From: Chloroflexota bacterium
GTDB lineage: Bacteria > Chloroflexota > Limnocylindria > QHBO01
NCBI GenBank assembly: GCA_013816405.1
Contig: JACDEL010000005.1
Coordinates: 3,210-67,209 of the forward strand
DNA length: 64,000 nt
Direction of reading: 5' to 3'
Shown: one piece after another, positions 42,769-52,715 of the stretch
Layout of the letters: the number at the start of each line of letters is the position of its first letter
Position numbering within the stretch: the first letter of the stretch is position 1
The notes under the pieces: generated by a model
What the model saw: the letters and a program-made list of their open reading frames with translations, nothing else
What the model was told of the DNA's origin: nothing
Database searches by the model: none
Position numbers and translations under genes: made by a program

Positions 42769-43622
42769 CTTTGAGGCGGCCTATTTGGAGTCGCGACGCC
42801 GGAATATCCGGTCGCTACACATACGCGCGGACCGAAGACTGTCGTGGGTCCGCATCCCACCAGAGTTCCGAAAGCACGCATTCACCGTGCACATCAGCCA
42901 ATTCGAAGGCGATCGGGAGGTGGGGCGGGTGACCTGGCGGCTGGTGCCCACCCGCTGGTTAAAGGAGCGTGCCCGGGGGGACGGGCGACTGCGCATTCGC
43001 GTAGCACGCTGATAGCGGTATCGCTCCTGGCCGATCATGATTTTCCTGCCCGATTTCGAGGCTCGCCGAATGAGGAACCTCGAGCAGGTGCGTGCCGCCC
43101 GTGCTGCGGCGCCACAGACAATCAGATCGATCCGGCTCGGGCGCAGCCGGCGATTCGGCGCATTGAGAGCACACGCTGAGCACGAGGGTCGCCTTCACCT
43201 CAAAAGTGCCGAAAGCCCCCCTCTGCATTCGCGCGCACCCAGTAAGCCACGCCGCCTCGACCGGCTACGCCGTCCTTCGGTCCATCCATCGCAATGCAAG
43301 CCATAGACTGACGGTCAGTTGGTTAGTGCCGTCATTGCCTATCCGTACCCCTTCCCTATCACGATCAGTACCACGGCCGGCGGAGCTTTCGTCGTCACGC
43401 CGGCGCAGCGTCGTCGTCGAGAGCTCATCTCGCAGTTCGCCCCGCACCACTTTGGCTTGGCCACTTGGCTTCCAAGTGCGAACCGAAGCCGGGTTAGGCC
43501 TCTACGTCACCTCGATGCCGACGGCGCCCGCTCCGGTCATCCCCGGCTTGTTGGAGACGTGGTGGTCCCACGGATTCATGCGCGACCCACACAGCCAGCG
43601 GCGAGATGACAACCTAACCAGG

Positions 43623-44942
43623 CTATCCGCGAGACTTAAGCGCCATTGCCTCCCGATACAGCACAACCGCCTCGGCAGGCTTCCCGAGCCTGTCGAGCAG
43701 CTCGGCCCATTCTGAGAGCAATGGCCGCAGGCGCCCTGCAAACCTGAGATCGCGGTACCCCTGAGCGGCAAGGCGAAACTCATCTAGGGCGTGGTCTGGA
43801 CGTCCCTCGGCCGCAAGCACCCGCGCCCGAGTGTAGTGAATGGCCGCCGATGCCTCCGGGTTTCGCCCGCCGTCGGCATCGGCGGCTGCCTCAGCCAACT
43901 TCTGAAGAGCTGCTTCGTGGTTCCCTTCGGCGAGTGCGATCTGGGCCTCAGTGTCGAGTACGTGCGGCAGAAACGTCGCTTCGGGCATGACATCGGCATG
44001 CTCGCGGGCTTGGGCGGCGAATGCATGTGCTCGTTCCAGGTGACCTAAGTGAAGCATCGCGAGGGAGAGGGTGTTCTCCATTGACGCGATCTCCTGCCTC
44101 GCGTGAAGGACCTGGAATAGCACGAGCGCCTGGCTCCCAGCCTGTAGTGAGGCCTCGTCGTCACCTACGTCCCCATAGCTTCGCGATAGATTCATCAACA
44201 GGGTAGCTCGCCGCCCGTCGTCCAAGTCGGAGACACGGCCACGCGCCTCTTCGAGATAGGCCAGGGCGCGCTGGGGCTCTCCTTCCCAATTCTCGACATT
44301 GGCCAAGGCGACGAGCAGGCGGAAGCGGAAGTCGGGCAAGACCTCCATGCCCTCACGGACGCGCTCGAGCAGCGTCTTCAGGATGGTTCGCGCTTCGCCT
44401 GAGTTGTCGGCCAGATAGTGGGCGTAGGCCAGCCAGTACCCGGCGTACGCGGCGTCCGCGGCTCGTTGCAGCCGCTCGAATCGTGCAGCCGACTCTGCCG
44501 CAGGGGCCACCGCCTCGGCGCCCCGCCGTAGCCGACAGAGGCTCTCGGCTATCCCACGCAGAATCTCGGCCCGAGCTCGGTCAGGTACCGCCGAATCGAG
44601 CAGGCTTTGATATTCACCAAGCGCTCCGGCGTAATCGCCTGAGGCCAGGCGCAAGTCTGCCCCCAGCCGATCCGCTCTGCCGGGCTCGGCGGGGAGAAAC
44701 GCCCCGATCGGAACACCGAGGCGCTCCCCGAAGTAGTGCAGCGCGGCCATGGACGGCTTGGTCAGTGCGTTTTCCAGCGCGCTGACGTATGCCGGGGTGT
44801 AGCGCGGTTGCGCCAACTCCCGCTGAGTGAGCTTGGCCGCCGTTCGCAGCCGCCTCACGTTCTCCCCGATGGCCTTCGCCAAGGGGCGGTTGTCGACAAC
44901 GTTCAAGACCCGCGGCTTGCGACGGGTTGCTGTTGGTTCCAT
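43623..44942 (-). CDS. XRE-family HTH + TPR-repeat transcriptional regulator
   Basis: The N-terminal HTH is LAKAIGENVRRLRTAAKLTQRELAQPRYTPAYVSALENA. About 330 aa of Ala/Leu-rich TPR-like repeats follow. Confidence 0.8.
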   Translation of the reverse strand: MEPTATRRKPRVLNVVDNRPLAKAIGENVRRLRTAAKLTQRELAQPRYTPAYVSALENALTKPSMAALHYFGERLGVPIGAFLPAEPGRADRLGADLRLASGDYAGALGEYQSLLDSAVPDRARAEILRGIAESLCRLRRGAEAVAPAAESAARFERLQRAADAAYAGYWLAYAHYLADNSGEARTILKTLLERVREGMEVLPDFRFRLLVALANVENWEGEPQRALAYLEEARGRVSDLDDGRRATLLMNLSRSYGDVGDDEASLQAGSQALVLFQVLHARQEIASMENTLSLAMLHLGHLERAHAFAAQAREHADVMPEATFLPHVLDTEAQIALAEGNHEAALQKLAEAAADADGGRNPEASAAIHYTRARVLAAEGRPDHALDEFRLAAQGYRDLRFAGRLRPLLSEWAELLDRLGKPAEAVVLYREAMALKSRG

Positions 44943-45111
44943 GCGACCGACTATACCGCACCACGCCTATTCGTCCGTCCAAGTCTTTCTTGTGGATGAT
45001 ATTAATACTTGACAGCCACCTATCCGTCCTCCACGCTTCTTGAGGGTGGTCGCCAGATCGACTCCCCGATCGAGGGCCGGGCCATGAGGCGCGCCGGGAA
45101 GGAGCACGCCC

Positions 45112-45400
45112 TTGGCTACCTGGGTCCGGAAGGTCCGTCCCCTCATCTTCGCGTTGTCCATTGCGGTCCTCACGGCGCTCGCCACGACGGCCAGCGTCCT
45201 GGCGAACAGCGACAAGGGCAGTTGGCCATAGGCCGACTGCACAGCCCCTGAACACGGCAACCAACTAGCAGCGGCGCGCGGTCCGGCCCTCACCGAAGCG
45301 CGGCTGCTTGGATCCGTACGATTTTGCTGCTAGGGTCGCACGCGCCGGCTACGCGACCGACCCGTCATACACGAAGGTGTTACACGGGGTCATGCGAGCG
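45112..45400 (+). pseudogene. Remnants of a secreted N-acetylglucosaminidase/muramidase-type gene
   Basis: TTG 45112 (with GGAAGGAG 7 nt upstream) opens a 39-codon ORF that is only a signal peptide (MATWVRKVRPLIFALSIAVLTALATTASVLANSDKGSWP*). In another frame, 45311-45400 reads DPYDFAARVARAGYATDPSYTKVLHGVMRA, the typical C-terminal end of glucosaminidase domains (aGYATDP.Y). Confidence 0.4.
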
Positions 45401-45721
45401 AGCGTTGGAGGCGGCGGGCTTCAAGTAGGAAGTGGGGTGGAAGCCGCTGTTGCCGAACCTGCGGTTGGATGCTCGAACCTTGGACCTTATGCGGCCCACT
45501 CTACCCGGTTCCCGACCTTGACCCGCCATTGATCCCAAACGCATCGACCGCGGATTCTGACCTCGACGGTCAGGTGTGTCCTCGGCCGACGTTGTTGCGG
45601 ATAGAGCCAAGCCGGATCGTGCGCCCTCAGCAACTACCGTCAGTCCCCCTTCTCCAGGAAGCCCTATCCAATTGATCGGCCGGCCGCTCACCCATGCTGC
45701 TCAAGCGCACGCGAGGCCGCA

Positions 45722-47242
45722 TTACGGTTCTGAAGATCGCTTTCGAGCCCTCGTCGGTATGGGCGGGACACTGACCTCTTGAAATGCCTTTCCGGCGCGC
45801 AGGTCGGCGTGCAGCTCGACATACGGCACGCGATCTGCGAGTAGGTTCGTTGAGCGCAGTGTCATGCTCGTGTCGAGGGCGGCAACCAGGGTCTCCCTCG
45901 GCACAGCCGTTGCCGGCGACTTGCCGTGAACACCAGGCTTCGTCGAGAGGAGAGCCCACCTCGGGTCCGACTTCGACCGCGGCTTCCAGAGATTAAACAA
46001 CGTGCGTGGGGTGGCGTTGCGACTTCCGTGGTGGCCGACCTTGTACACGTCCACCTCACGTAGCAGCGCTCGGTTTCGCGTTCGCTTGAGGGCGTATTCC
46101 CAGTTCTCGATCTGGGCATCGCCGCCGAACAGCAGCCGGATCCTCTTGCCACTCGCATCCACGTCGAAGAGGAGGATGACGCTCGTGTTGTTGAGCACCC
46201 CATCCAGGATCCGAACGATTCGATAGAGCGAGTTGAGCTGCTGCCGGCCCATGCGGTCTGTCAGCCAGCGCACAGGCCCAACTGGACCGAAGGCTCCGGC
46301 TGAATCAGGGGCATCGGTTTCCGCCGGATCCGGCGCCACCCCGGAGACATCATCGTGTGCACCTGCATGCGCCGCCGACTCGGTGGACGCGGGCAAACCC
46401 CGTTTGCCATGCGCAGGCCCGATGAGATCCGTGCGGGTAAGGTTGCCCAGCAGTTGGTTGTAGATCATCCAGAACTCGTCCGGATCGCTTTCTCGCTGGC
46501 TCTTGACCGCTTCGTGTTGGTCCACGGTCGGCGGCCCAAGAACTCGAGTGCGGATGCCCGGGACGACGGATTCGATCCCCGACCGCATCCCGTAATGCAA
46601 ATAGGCGGGCTTGCCCGCGTCGCCCCAGGCCTTGAGCTGGTTGACGGCGTCCTCGTTCTTGAGTTGGTCCTCGGCGAGGCCCGAGGCCTCGGCTGCGAGT
46701 GAATTGGGTGGCGACTTCCTGATCTTTTCGAAAAGCCCTGTGGTGAAGGTCTCAGCCGATCCGAGTGTCCTCATGAACCTTCGGGACTTGGGTCCGATGG
46801 CAACCTCCGTATCCCGAGCGTTTCCCCTGGTGGCCGATGGCGCAATGCCTGTTCCTGCTGCCGCGGGACCGCGCGCGCCTCGATCGAGGTCAGGATCCTC
46901 GGTCCACGATCGGATGACGAGCTTTGGGTATCCCGGGTCGACCAGCAGCTTGGCGATCTGCTTGTCGCCAAATGCTGAGAGATGGTCGCGGTGGCGATGG
47001 GTCACAACGATGACGTCGATCTTGCCCTGCGCATGGTCGCGAATGAGTTTTGCGATCTGGTTGAGGGACGAGAGCCTGCCGCCCATGCTGGTGCTCCCGA
47101 AATCAATCAGGACGTGGCGCTCCTTACGGCCGTCGTCAAGGGCCTGCCCATACTCGAAGCTGAGAAGGAAGCAGTCCCCGAATCCCACCTGGTACATGCG
47201 TATGCGGAGTCCAATCGGTTTGGCGCTGGCCATCGCTACCAC
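45722..47242 (-). CDS. Metallo-beta-lactamase-fold hydrolase, ComEC/Rec2-like subtype
   Basis: IRMYQVGFGDCFLLSFEY...HVLIDFGS, VIVVTHRHRDHL (HxHxDH) and VYKVGHHGSRNA. There is a long low-complexity insertion. The start overlaps the upstream stop by 7 nt. Confidence 0.8.
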   Translation of the reverse strand: MVAMASAKPIGLRIRMYQVGFGDCFLLSFEYGQALDDGRKERHVLIDFGSTSMGGRLSSLNQIAKLIRDHAQGKIDVIVVTHRHRDHLSAFGDKQIAKLLVDPGYPKLVIRSWTEDPDLDRGARGPAAAGTGIAPSATRGNARDTEVAIGPKSRRFMRTLGSAETFTTGLFEKIRKSPPNSLAAEASGLAEDQLKNEDAVNQLKAWGDAGKPAYLHYGMRSGIESVVPGIRTRVLGPPTVDQHEAVKSQRESDPDEFWMIYNQLLGNLTRTDLIGPAHGKRGLPASTESAAHAGAHDDVSGVAPDPAETDAPDSAGAFGPVGPVRWLTDRMGRQQLNSLYRIVRILDGVLNNTSVILLFDVDASGKRIRLLFGGDAQIENWEYALKRTRNRALLREVDVYKVGHHGSRNATPRTLFNLWKPRSKSDPRWALLSTKPGVHGKSPATAVPRETLVAALDTSMTLRSTNLLADRVPYVELHADLRAGKAFQEVSVPPIPTRARKRSSEP

Positions 47243-48990
47243 TCCTCCGCAAGGTTGGGTGACTGGTGGTGGAATTCAGCAAAGCGTTGGCCGAGCGGCA
47301 CGCCGAGCGAAAAGCCAAGCCGCCCCTTCGTATCCCACAGCCCTCGGTCGACGAGGTACTGGAGCCGTCGCTGCTGCCGCGACCAGTCATCCAGCCGCTT
47401 GAACCGCTGGTATTTCACTGCGCCGAACTCATCGAAGATGATCGTCCCGCCGCCCCACAGCTTGAGCTTCGTCTTGTCGGGGATGATTTCGGTCGATGGG
47501 AGGGTGAACGGCGGATCTCCGGGCTTGGTTGGCTGAGCAAGCTTGTCGAGATCAGCCCGACTGAGGATCAGCTCTTGGACGTAATCCACGACGGTCTCCG
47601 AGACGACGAACCCTCGCGGGCCGGTCCGCACCGCAGGCCGAACGTTCTCGACGTGCAGGTAGTAGGCCGGGTCGATCCCCAGAAATCGCGCATGGTCCCA
47701 AATGAACCGGAAGGTCTCATCCGGATCGGACCGAAGTGAGGCGTAGCTGAAGTCTCGGTAGGTAGGCCACCCGGTGGGCGGTGCGACCCAGTCGGGGGCA
47801 CCCTGAACCTCGATCCCGAATGACCTGAAACCCTCTTTCAGCGCCTCCACGTAGCCGTACTCGTCGTCGGGGTTCACCTCGTGCTCGGAGGCCACGATCG
47901 CCGTCAGAAAATCGGCAAGCTCGAATTCCACGGGCGGGCAGTAGTCGATCGCCCGGATCACCATGTTCAGCAGATGTTTCGCGGCCGTGGCGCCCTCTTC
48001 TGACGCTCGCCCGCGATCGATCGTGCCGGCGCCGACAATCGGAATAAGGCGATTGGTCCACATGTGGAGATACGTCCGGATGACCGCCGCGACAAGGATC
48101 TCCCCGCGGCGGTGGGGCTCCGCCCATTCAGGATTGCGCAGGTCCTTCCAGGCGGTCGTGGGCTCCTGATCGATCGAGCGCCGCAGGCCGTCGCCGCGAT
48201 TGAGGTGCAGCGCATTGCCGAACTGCCTGCCGATGGTGAACAGGACCGACGAGCGAAGTCCGTCGAACGTCAGCCGGTCGGCGCGCACCCGAGCCTGACC
48301 GGGATCGCCGAGCACGGCCTGGATCGATTCCCGCGCCGACAGGATGGAGAGCAGCGCAACGAGGTCCGCGAATCCCTCGTGGAACCCGGCCTGGTCAGGG
48401 AGGCCAGGCGTGTCGAATCGGCGCCTCAGGCCGTCGAGGATGGCGTGCGTCGTCTCGTGGGCGACGATGTCGTGAGCCAGGCAGGTCATGATGCGACCGG
48501 ATGCCTGGCTGTTGAAATACCCGAATAGCAGGGCGCGATCATCGTCCGAGTAGTACGCATTGGCCTCGGCAAAGGCCCTCGGGACCAGGTATAGCTGCGA
48601 GCTTCCGAACGCCCACGGCACTGGGCGGCCCAGGGCCGTCTCAAAGAATCCGAGTGTCCTCGCCGCGATCGCGTACACGTTCTGGGCATGAAAGGCTGGA
48701 TCGCGAAGGAGCGTCCTGTCGTCGGCCTTCGCGAATCGGTCCCGATAGTCCCAGCCGGCCGAGTCGCCGCGCATCGGCGCCAGCCTGGCCGGGCGATCAA
48801 GCGTGCGACGGCTCGCGTCGAAGCCAACGACGTGGAAGCGCGGGCCACGTGGACCAGGCTCAAGGCGGCTGGCCGGTACCTGGATGACCGCCCGCAGGAT
48901 GGGCTGATCGCCATTCGTCGACGCCTGGTTAGTCACCAGCGGATCGCGCGCGATGATCGTCATTGGGAAGTAGCGCAGCCGTTCCTGCAT
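47236..48990 (-). CDS. Thermolysin-like (gluzincin, HExxH+E) zinc metallopeptidase with a large C-terminal domain
   Basis: ORF 47236..49347. ATG 48988-48990 (MQERLRYFPMTIIARDP) shares nt 48990 with the upstream TGA (TGATG). The active site is CLAHDIVAHETTHAILDG ... QAGFHEGFADLVAL. There is no signal peptide. Confidence 0.8.
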   Translation of the reverse strand: MQERLRYFPMTIIARDPLVTNQASTNGDQPILRAVIQVPASRLEPGPRGPRFHVVGFDASRRTLDRPARLAPMRGDSAGWDYRDRFAKADDRTLLRDPAFHAQNVYAIAARTLGFFETALGRPVPWAFGSSQLYLVPRAFAEANAYYSDDDRALLFGYFNSQASGRIMTCLAHDIVAHETTHAILDGLRRRFDTPGLPDQAGFHEGFADLVALLSILSARESIQAVLGDPGQARVRADRLTFDGLRSSVLFTIGRQFGNALHLNRGDGLRRSIDQEPTTAWKDLRNPEWAEPHRRGEILVAAVIRTYLHMWTNRLIPIVGAGTIDRGRASEEGATAAKHLLNMVIRAIDYCPPVEFELADFLTAIVASEHEVNPDDEYGYVEALKEGFRSFGIEVQGAPDWVAPPTGWPTYRDFSYASLRSDPDETFRFIWDHARFLGIDPAYYLHVENVRPAVRTGPRGFVVSETVVDYVQELILSRADLDKLAQPTKPGDPPFTLPSTEIIPDKTKLKLWGGGTIIFDEFGAVKYQRFKRLDDWSRQQRRLQYLVDRGLWDTKGRLGFSLGVPLGQRFAEFHHQSPNLAEEW

Positions 48991-50429
48991 CAAGTCACCT
49001 CGGGGCGTAGGGCACTGCGCGGATCTGGCAGTGGAGCAGCGAGCGTCGGCTTGAGCCAGGCGGAGGCGGCCAGTCCCATGGCCTCCCTGAGCCTGATGGT
49101 CACCGAGTCCCGCTGCTCGTCGCCCTGGAAATGGTAGTAAAGGGCGTGTGCGTAGGCCGGGATCCGGGCCTTCCAGCCGTTGGCCAGCAACGGCCGATCC
49201 AGGATTCCGTTGCCGAACAATGGGCCGAGCGGTCCACCGAACCAGTCGCCGAAGAAGCCGAAGTGGGCGGGGAACCACATGTTCGTCCAGCGCACCACCG
49301 CGAACGGTGCAGCGTGGTACAGCACGCGACGACCACGGTTGTTCCACGAGAACCAGAGCTTCTGTCCGTTCACGTTGTTTTTCTCCGACAACTCGTGCTG
49401 CGGTGGGCAGGTGGGTAGCTCCCGCAGCAACACTCGGTTGTCGAACTTCTTCCGATTCCGGGTATAGATCCGATCTGCCATGTACATCGGGCTACCGAAG
49501 CTGAGGAAGTCGGTGATCAGCCACGGATTGCCTTGTGCGCGCATTCCCAGCCATAGCCTCCGTTGGGTGTCCTGGTAGGCGGTCACATCCGATCCACGCG
49601 TCAAAGCCGATGCCGCCGCCTCAAGGTCCGCAAGGCCGCTGGGCTGGTCGCCCTGCTCCGGCTTGTCGACGTCCGGTCGGACAGGACCGGCATGCTGTTT
49701 GTCCATCTGGCCCCAGAGGTAGCTAATCGCGTCGTATGCGATGTACGAGCCAAGACTGTGGGCGATGATGACAATCCGCTGGTAGCGCCCGTCGGCATGT
49801 AGTCCCTGCAAGAGGTCGATGATTCCGGCCCGAATGTCGCGCCGCACCTCATATGAGCGCGGGGACGTGTCAAGGTAACGGATCACGTCGACGAAGCTCG
49901 AGGTCAGCCACGACGGCAGCCAGCGCGTCAGGACGTACGTGAGCAGAATCGCGCTCAGTCCACCTCCGACCACCGCTTTGAGGATGTCCACCAGGGTGAT
50001 CTGGCCCAAATCCAAGGCAAGGTCCGGTCGAAGCGACAGGAACAGAAGGACGCTCGCGATCAACAGCGCCCAGAAGATAGCCCACAGGACACGGAGGCCT
50101 GCGGGTACGTACCACGGGGGCGCAAGCAGCATCCGGCGGAAGGCGGGCCAGAGGTCGTCTAGCCGGTTGTCCTGCATGAGGTGGGCCCAGTGGTATTCAA
50201 AAAACTCAGTCTGTGCCCGAATCTCGCCCGCATCGTTGTGAGCAGCAGGGGCGAGGTACCGACGCGACTCATACGAATCCACAACCTGGTCTGGTCGCGA
50301 ATAGAAGAGGCGCTTGCCGCCTCGGTCGGCCCCGAGAGCGGCACCGATGAATTCGTTGAGGGTCTCCAGCGGGCGCTGCTCGCCCATGCCGTGGACGATA
50401 ACGACGGCTTGCCGGAGATGCCGTTCCAT
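48990..50429 (-). CDS. Alpha/beta-hydrolase (lipase/esterase-like) with two inserted TM helices
   Basis: AVVIVHGMGEQRP (oxyanion-hole region). The TM segments are VLWAIFWALLIASVLLFLSL and AVVGGGLSAILLTYVLTRWL. The nucleophile elbow is RIVIIAHSLGSYIAYD. Confidence 0.75.
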   Translation of the reverse strand: MERHLRQAVVIVHGMGEQRPLETLNEFIGAALGADRGGKRLFYSRPDQVVDSYESRRYLAPAAHNDAGEIRAQTEFFEYHWAHLMQDNRLDDLWPAFRRMLLAPPWYVPAGLRVLWAIFWALLIASVLLFLSLRPDLALDLGQITLVDILKAVVGGGLSAILLTYVLTRWLPSWLTSSFVDVIRYLDTSPRSYEVRRDIRAGIIDLLQGLHADGRYQRIVIIAHSLGSYIAYDAISYLWGQMDKQHAGPVRPDVDKPEQGDQPSGLADLEAAASALTRGSDVTAYQDTQRRLWLGMRAQGNPWLITDFLSFGSPMYMADRIYTRNRKKFDNRVLLRELPTCPPQHELSEKNNVNGQKLWFSWNNRGRRVLYHAAPFAVVRWTNMWFPAHFGFFGDWFGGPLGPLFGNGILDRPLLANGWKARIPAYAHALYYHFQGDEQRDSVTIRLREAMGLAASAWLKPTLAAPLPDPRSALRPEVT

Positions 50430-50518
50430 CCCTCGGGTTCCTCCCCGCTAGACGCGACTGATTGGCGCCGGGCTCGGCGCATTCTCTCACCCGAATCAAC
50501 CGCCCGGATGGGCGCTCG

Positions 50519-50725
50519 TCAGCGGAAAGACTCCGCCCGGTAGAGGTCGGCCGGCAAGTTGTGGTCGATCACGAAGCATTCGACAGCACAGCCGAATACC
50601 TCTCCGTCGTTGAATGAGGTCTCGACGCAATGCCGGAGGCAATCTCGGAGGTCGCCACCAACCTCCCAGGGGTTCGACCCACGTCGGCGCGTCTCCGCCT
50701 CTTGCTTTGGATCTTCTGGTGCCAT
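50519..50725 (-). CDS. Possible small twin-CX3C protein (68 aa)
   Basis: ATG 50725 within ORF 50519..50821: MAPEDPKQEAETRRRGSNPWEVGGDLRDCLRHCVETSFNDGEVFGCAVECFVIDHNLPADLY. It lies 90 bp upstream of the hydrolase operon on the same strand. A purine-rich stretch (GAGGGCAGGAAG) sits before the ATG. Confidence 0.35.
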   Translation of the reverse strand: MAPEDPKQEAETRRRGSNPWEVGGDLRDCLRHCVETSFNDGEVFGCAVECFVIDHNLPADLYRAESFR

Positions 50726-51043
50726 CTTCCTGCCCTCATCTACAGCGCAAAACCCATTGATCAGTTCGGCAGCTCCTCCTGAGCCGTGGCCAGCGGCACG
50801 ATCGCGGCGAGCGGTGCGCAACCCTTAGAACCATCCCGCTCGCTCCAGTGCCCTGGTTGGCGAAGAAGGTCAAGTATCATCAATCTTCGTAGCTGATGTC
50901 AAGAAGGTTGTGAGCCGCCCAAGGAGTCCGTGAGAATCGCATTCTCGCACCGACAGGGGCCACTTGCGCTGGCGACTATTATTTATCCCTTGGGGTCTGA
51001 GGCCCACCGCTGGCGGACCGAGACCGAAAGGGAGGGACCTCGC

Positions 51044-51331
51044 ATGACGACAGCGGCACTCATCGGTTGGGCGATCGTCGGCTGGTGCGGCACGCCGTTT
51101 CCGAGGCACTGGCCGTGGCCACCACCACCCCCGCCCGACGGCGACCCGTGGATCATGAAGGTCATCGGCATCGTGGGCGGGATCGCCGGCGGCTGGGCCT
51201 TCGGTCAGCTCTTCGGAGCGGATCTCGATAACGCGGCTGGTCTCGCGCTCACGATGTTCGGCGCCTGGTCGGGCTCCAACATCCTAAACGATGCCTACGG
51301 CATGGTCCGGGGCGGACAGGCGCGCGGTTGA
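51044..51331 (+). CDS. Small membrane protein (GlsB/YeaQ-like Gly-zipper helices)
   Basis: AAGGGAGGGA lies at 51028-51037. The protein reads MTTAALIGWAIVGWCG...PWPPPPPPDGDPWIMKVIGIVGGIAGGWAFGQLFG... Confidence 0.6.
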   Translation: MTTAALIGWAIVGWCGTPFPRHWPWPPPPPPDGDPWIMKVIGIVGGIAGGWAFGQLFGADLDNAAGLALTMFGAWSGSNILNDAYGMVRGGQARG

Positions 51332-52227
51332 TGGCCATGAGTCCCATGAAGAGAGGTTTGTCGATCGGCTTGGCCATAGGGATGGCCTTTCTGACTGGTT
51401 CTCCTGTTCAGGGAGCTCGGCCAACGGGGCCAACGGACATTACAGCCACCGCAGCGGGTGAGAAGATCGCATCCGATGCAGCGATGCGTTGGACGAACGC
51501 AGGAATTCCAACGTCCGCATCCGACGTCATCGTTCTGGACTTAGGCGCTGACGGTATGCTCGTCGCCCCGCGAAACGCCACAGGCCTTGCAGGAGGCGTC
51601 GAGCTGAGAGCAGATGGCAGTGTCATCACATCCGGGGCAGCATTGGCAGCGCCGGATGGCTCTGGCAGCGGGTCGTTGAACTCGAGCATGACCAATACCG
51701 AAGCTACTACCGCCGCTGTACCGACGTGGGGCTTCTGGAGCGGGAGTTGCTTCAGTCGGCTGAACACATCGGCGGGGTGGATGGACACCTGCACGTCGTT
51801 CTACAAGCTGTTCAATGATGTGGACGGGGGCTACGACTATTGGGACCTGCACCTCTATTCAAGCGCCTACGCCTACAACAACCTGGGCTACTACCTAACC
51901 CAGTCGTATGTGCGGAGCCTCAGGTCGGGCGGCGCAACTCAGTACTGGGTGGACTGGAGCCTCAAATCTGTTCACGACACCGGGTGTCAGCAAGACTCTC
52001 TCAGTGTCTCAGCACTCGGATTCGGCTTGGGCTTCGGCCATACGTTCTGTGAAAAGTGGAGCCCGTATAAGTATGCCGATGCCGGGCACATGAACGACAC
52101 GTGGACAAAGGGGTTCTTCGCGCCGACGGGAATGCGAGAGAACGCGCTCACGGTGGTGGTGAAGGTTCCACAGGGAGGCATTCCGAGCTACTCCATCGGA
52201 TACAGCTTCGGAACTGCGCACATCTGA
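51331..52227 (+). CDS. Secreted protein of unknown function
   Basis: The signal peptide is MAMSPMKRGLSIGLAIGMAFLTGSPVQGA. The mature part is Cys- and aromatic-rich. The start overlaps the previous stop. Confidence 0.65.
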   Translation: MAMSPMKRGLSIGLAIGMAFLTGSPVQGARPTGPTDITATAAGEKIASDAAMRWTNAGIPTSASDVIVLDLGADGMLVAPRNATGLAGGVELRADGSVITSGAALAAPDGSGSGSLNSSMTNTEATTAAVPTWGFWSGSCFSRLNTSAGWMDTCTSFYKLFNDVDGGYDYWDLHLYSSAYAYNNLGYYLTQSYVRSLRSGGATQYWVDWSLKSVHDTGCQQDSLSVSALGFGLGFGHTFCEKWSPYKYADAGHMNDTWTKGFFAPTGMRENALTVVVKVPQGGIPSYSIGYSFGTAHI

Positions 52228-52715
52228 TGTCTCGCGGGCCAGTGCTATTGCTCGGAGCCCTCGGAGGGGTGCTTGTTACCTCTTGCTCGCTTCTCACATC
52301 TCACCCTGCGCCGGGAACGCGCATTCCGACCGGTGTTGAGGTAAGCGGGCTGCTCACCCAAGCAGTGGACCTTGTTCAGGGCGGTGACTTAGACGGGTTA
52401 TGCGAGCTCGGAGGGGGCAATTGCCAGCGAATTCTGGAAGAGAACCGAGACGCGGTGCCGACCGACGCGCCAACGATCCTTGGTAGCTCGGTGCTTCATC
52501 CCGAGCAACACGGGGACGCGTGGAGCGTCGGCGGCCGGATCCTGGAGGTATGCGGCACAGACGGTCTAGGCGATCCTTACCGAACGGCCATGCTCTTCTT
52601 CTTCAACGAGAACGACCAGCTGCGTATAACGGAGCCGGTCTATTGGTCGAGGATGCGCATCGCGACTGGATCGATCGCCGAACCAAATATGCAGCAGGCA
52701 GGCGAAGGTTGCTAG
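52227..52715 (+). CDS. Lipoprotein of unknown function
   Basis: ATG 52227 shares one nt with the upstream TGA. MSRGPVLLLGALGGVLVTSC contains a lipobox-like VTSC. Confidence 0.65.
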   Translation: MSRGPVLLLGALGGVLVTSCSLLTSHPAPGTRIPTGVEVSGLLTQAVDLVQGGDLDGLCELGGGNCQRILEENRDAVPTDAPTILGSSVLHPEQHGDAWSVGGRILEVCGTDGLGDPYRTAMLFFFNENDQLRITEPVYWSRMRIATGSIAEPNMQQAGEGC

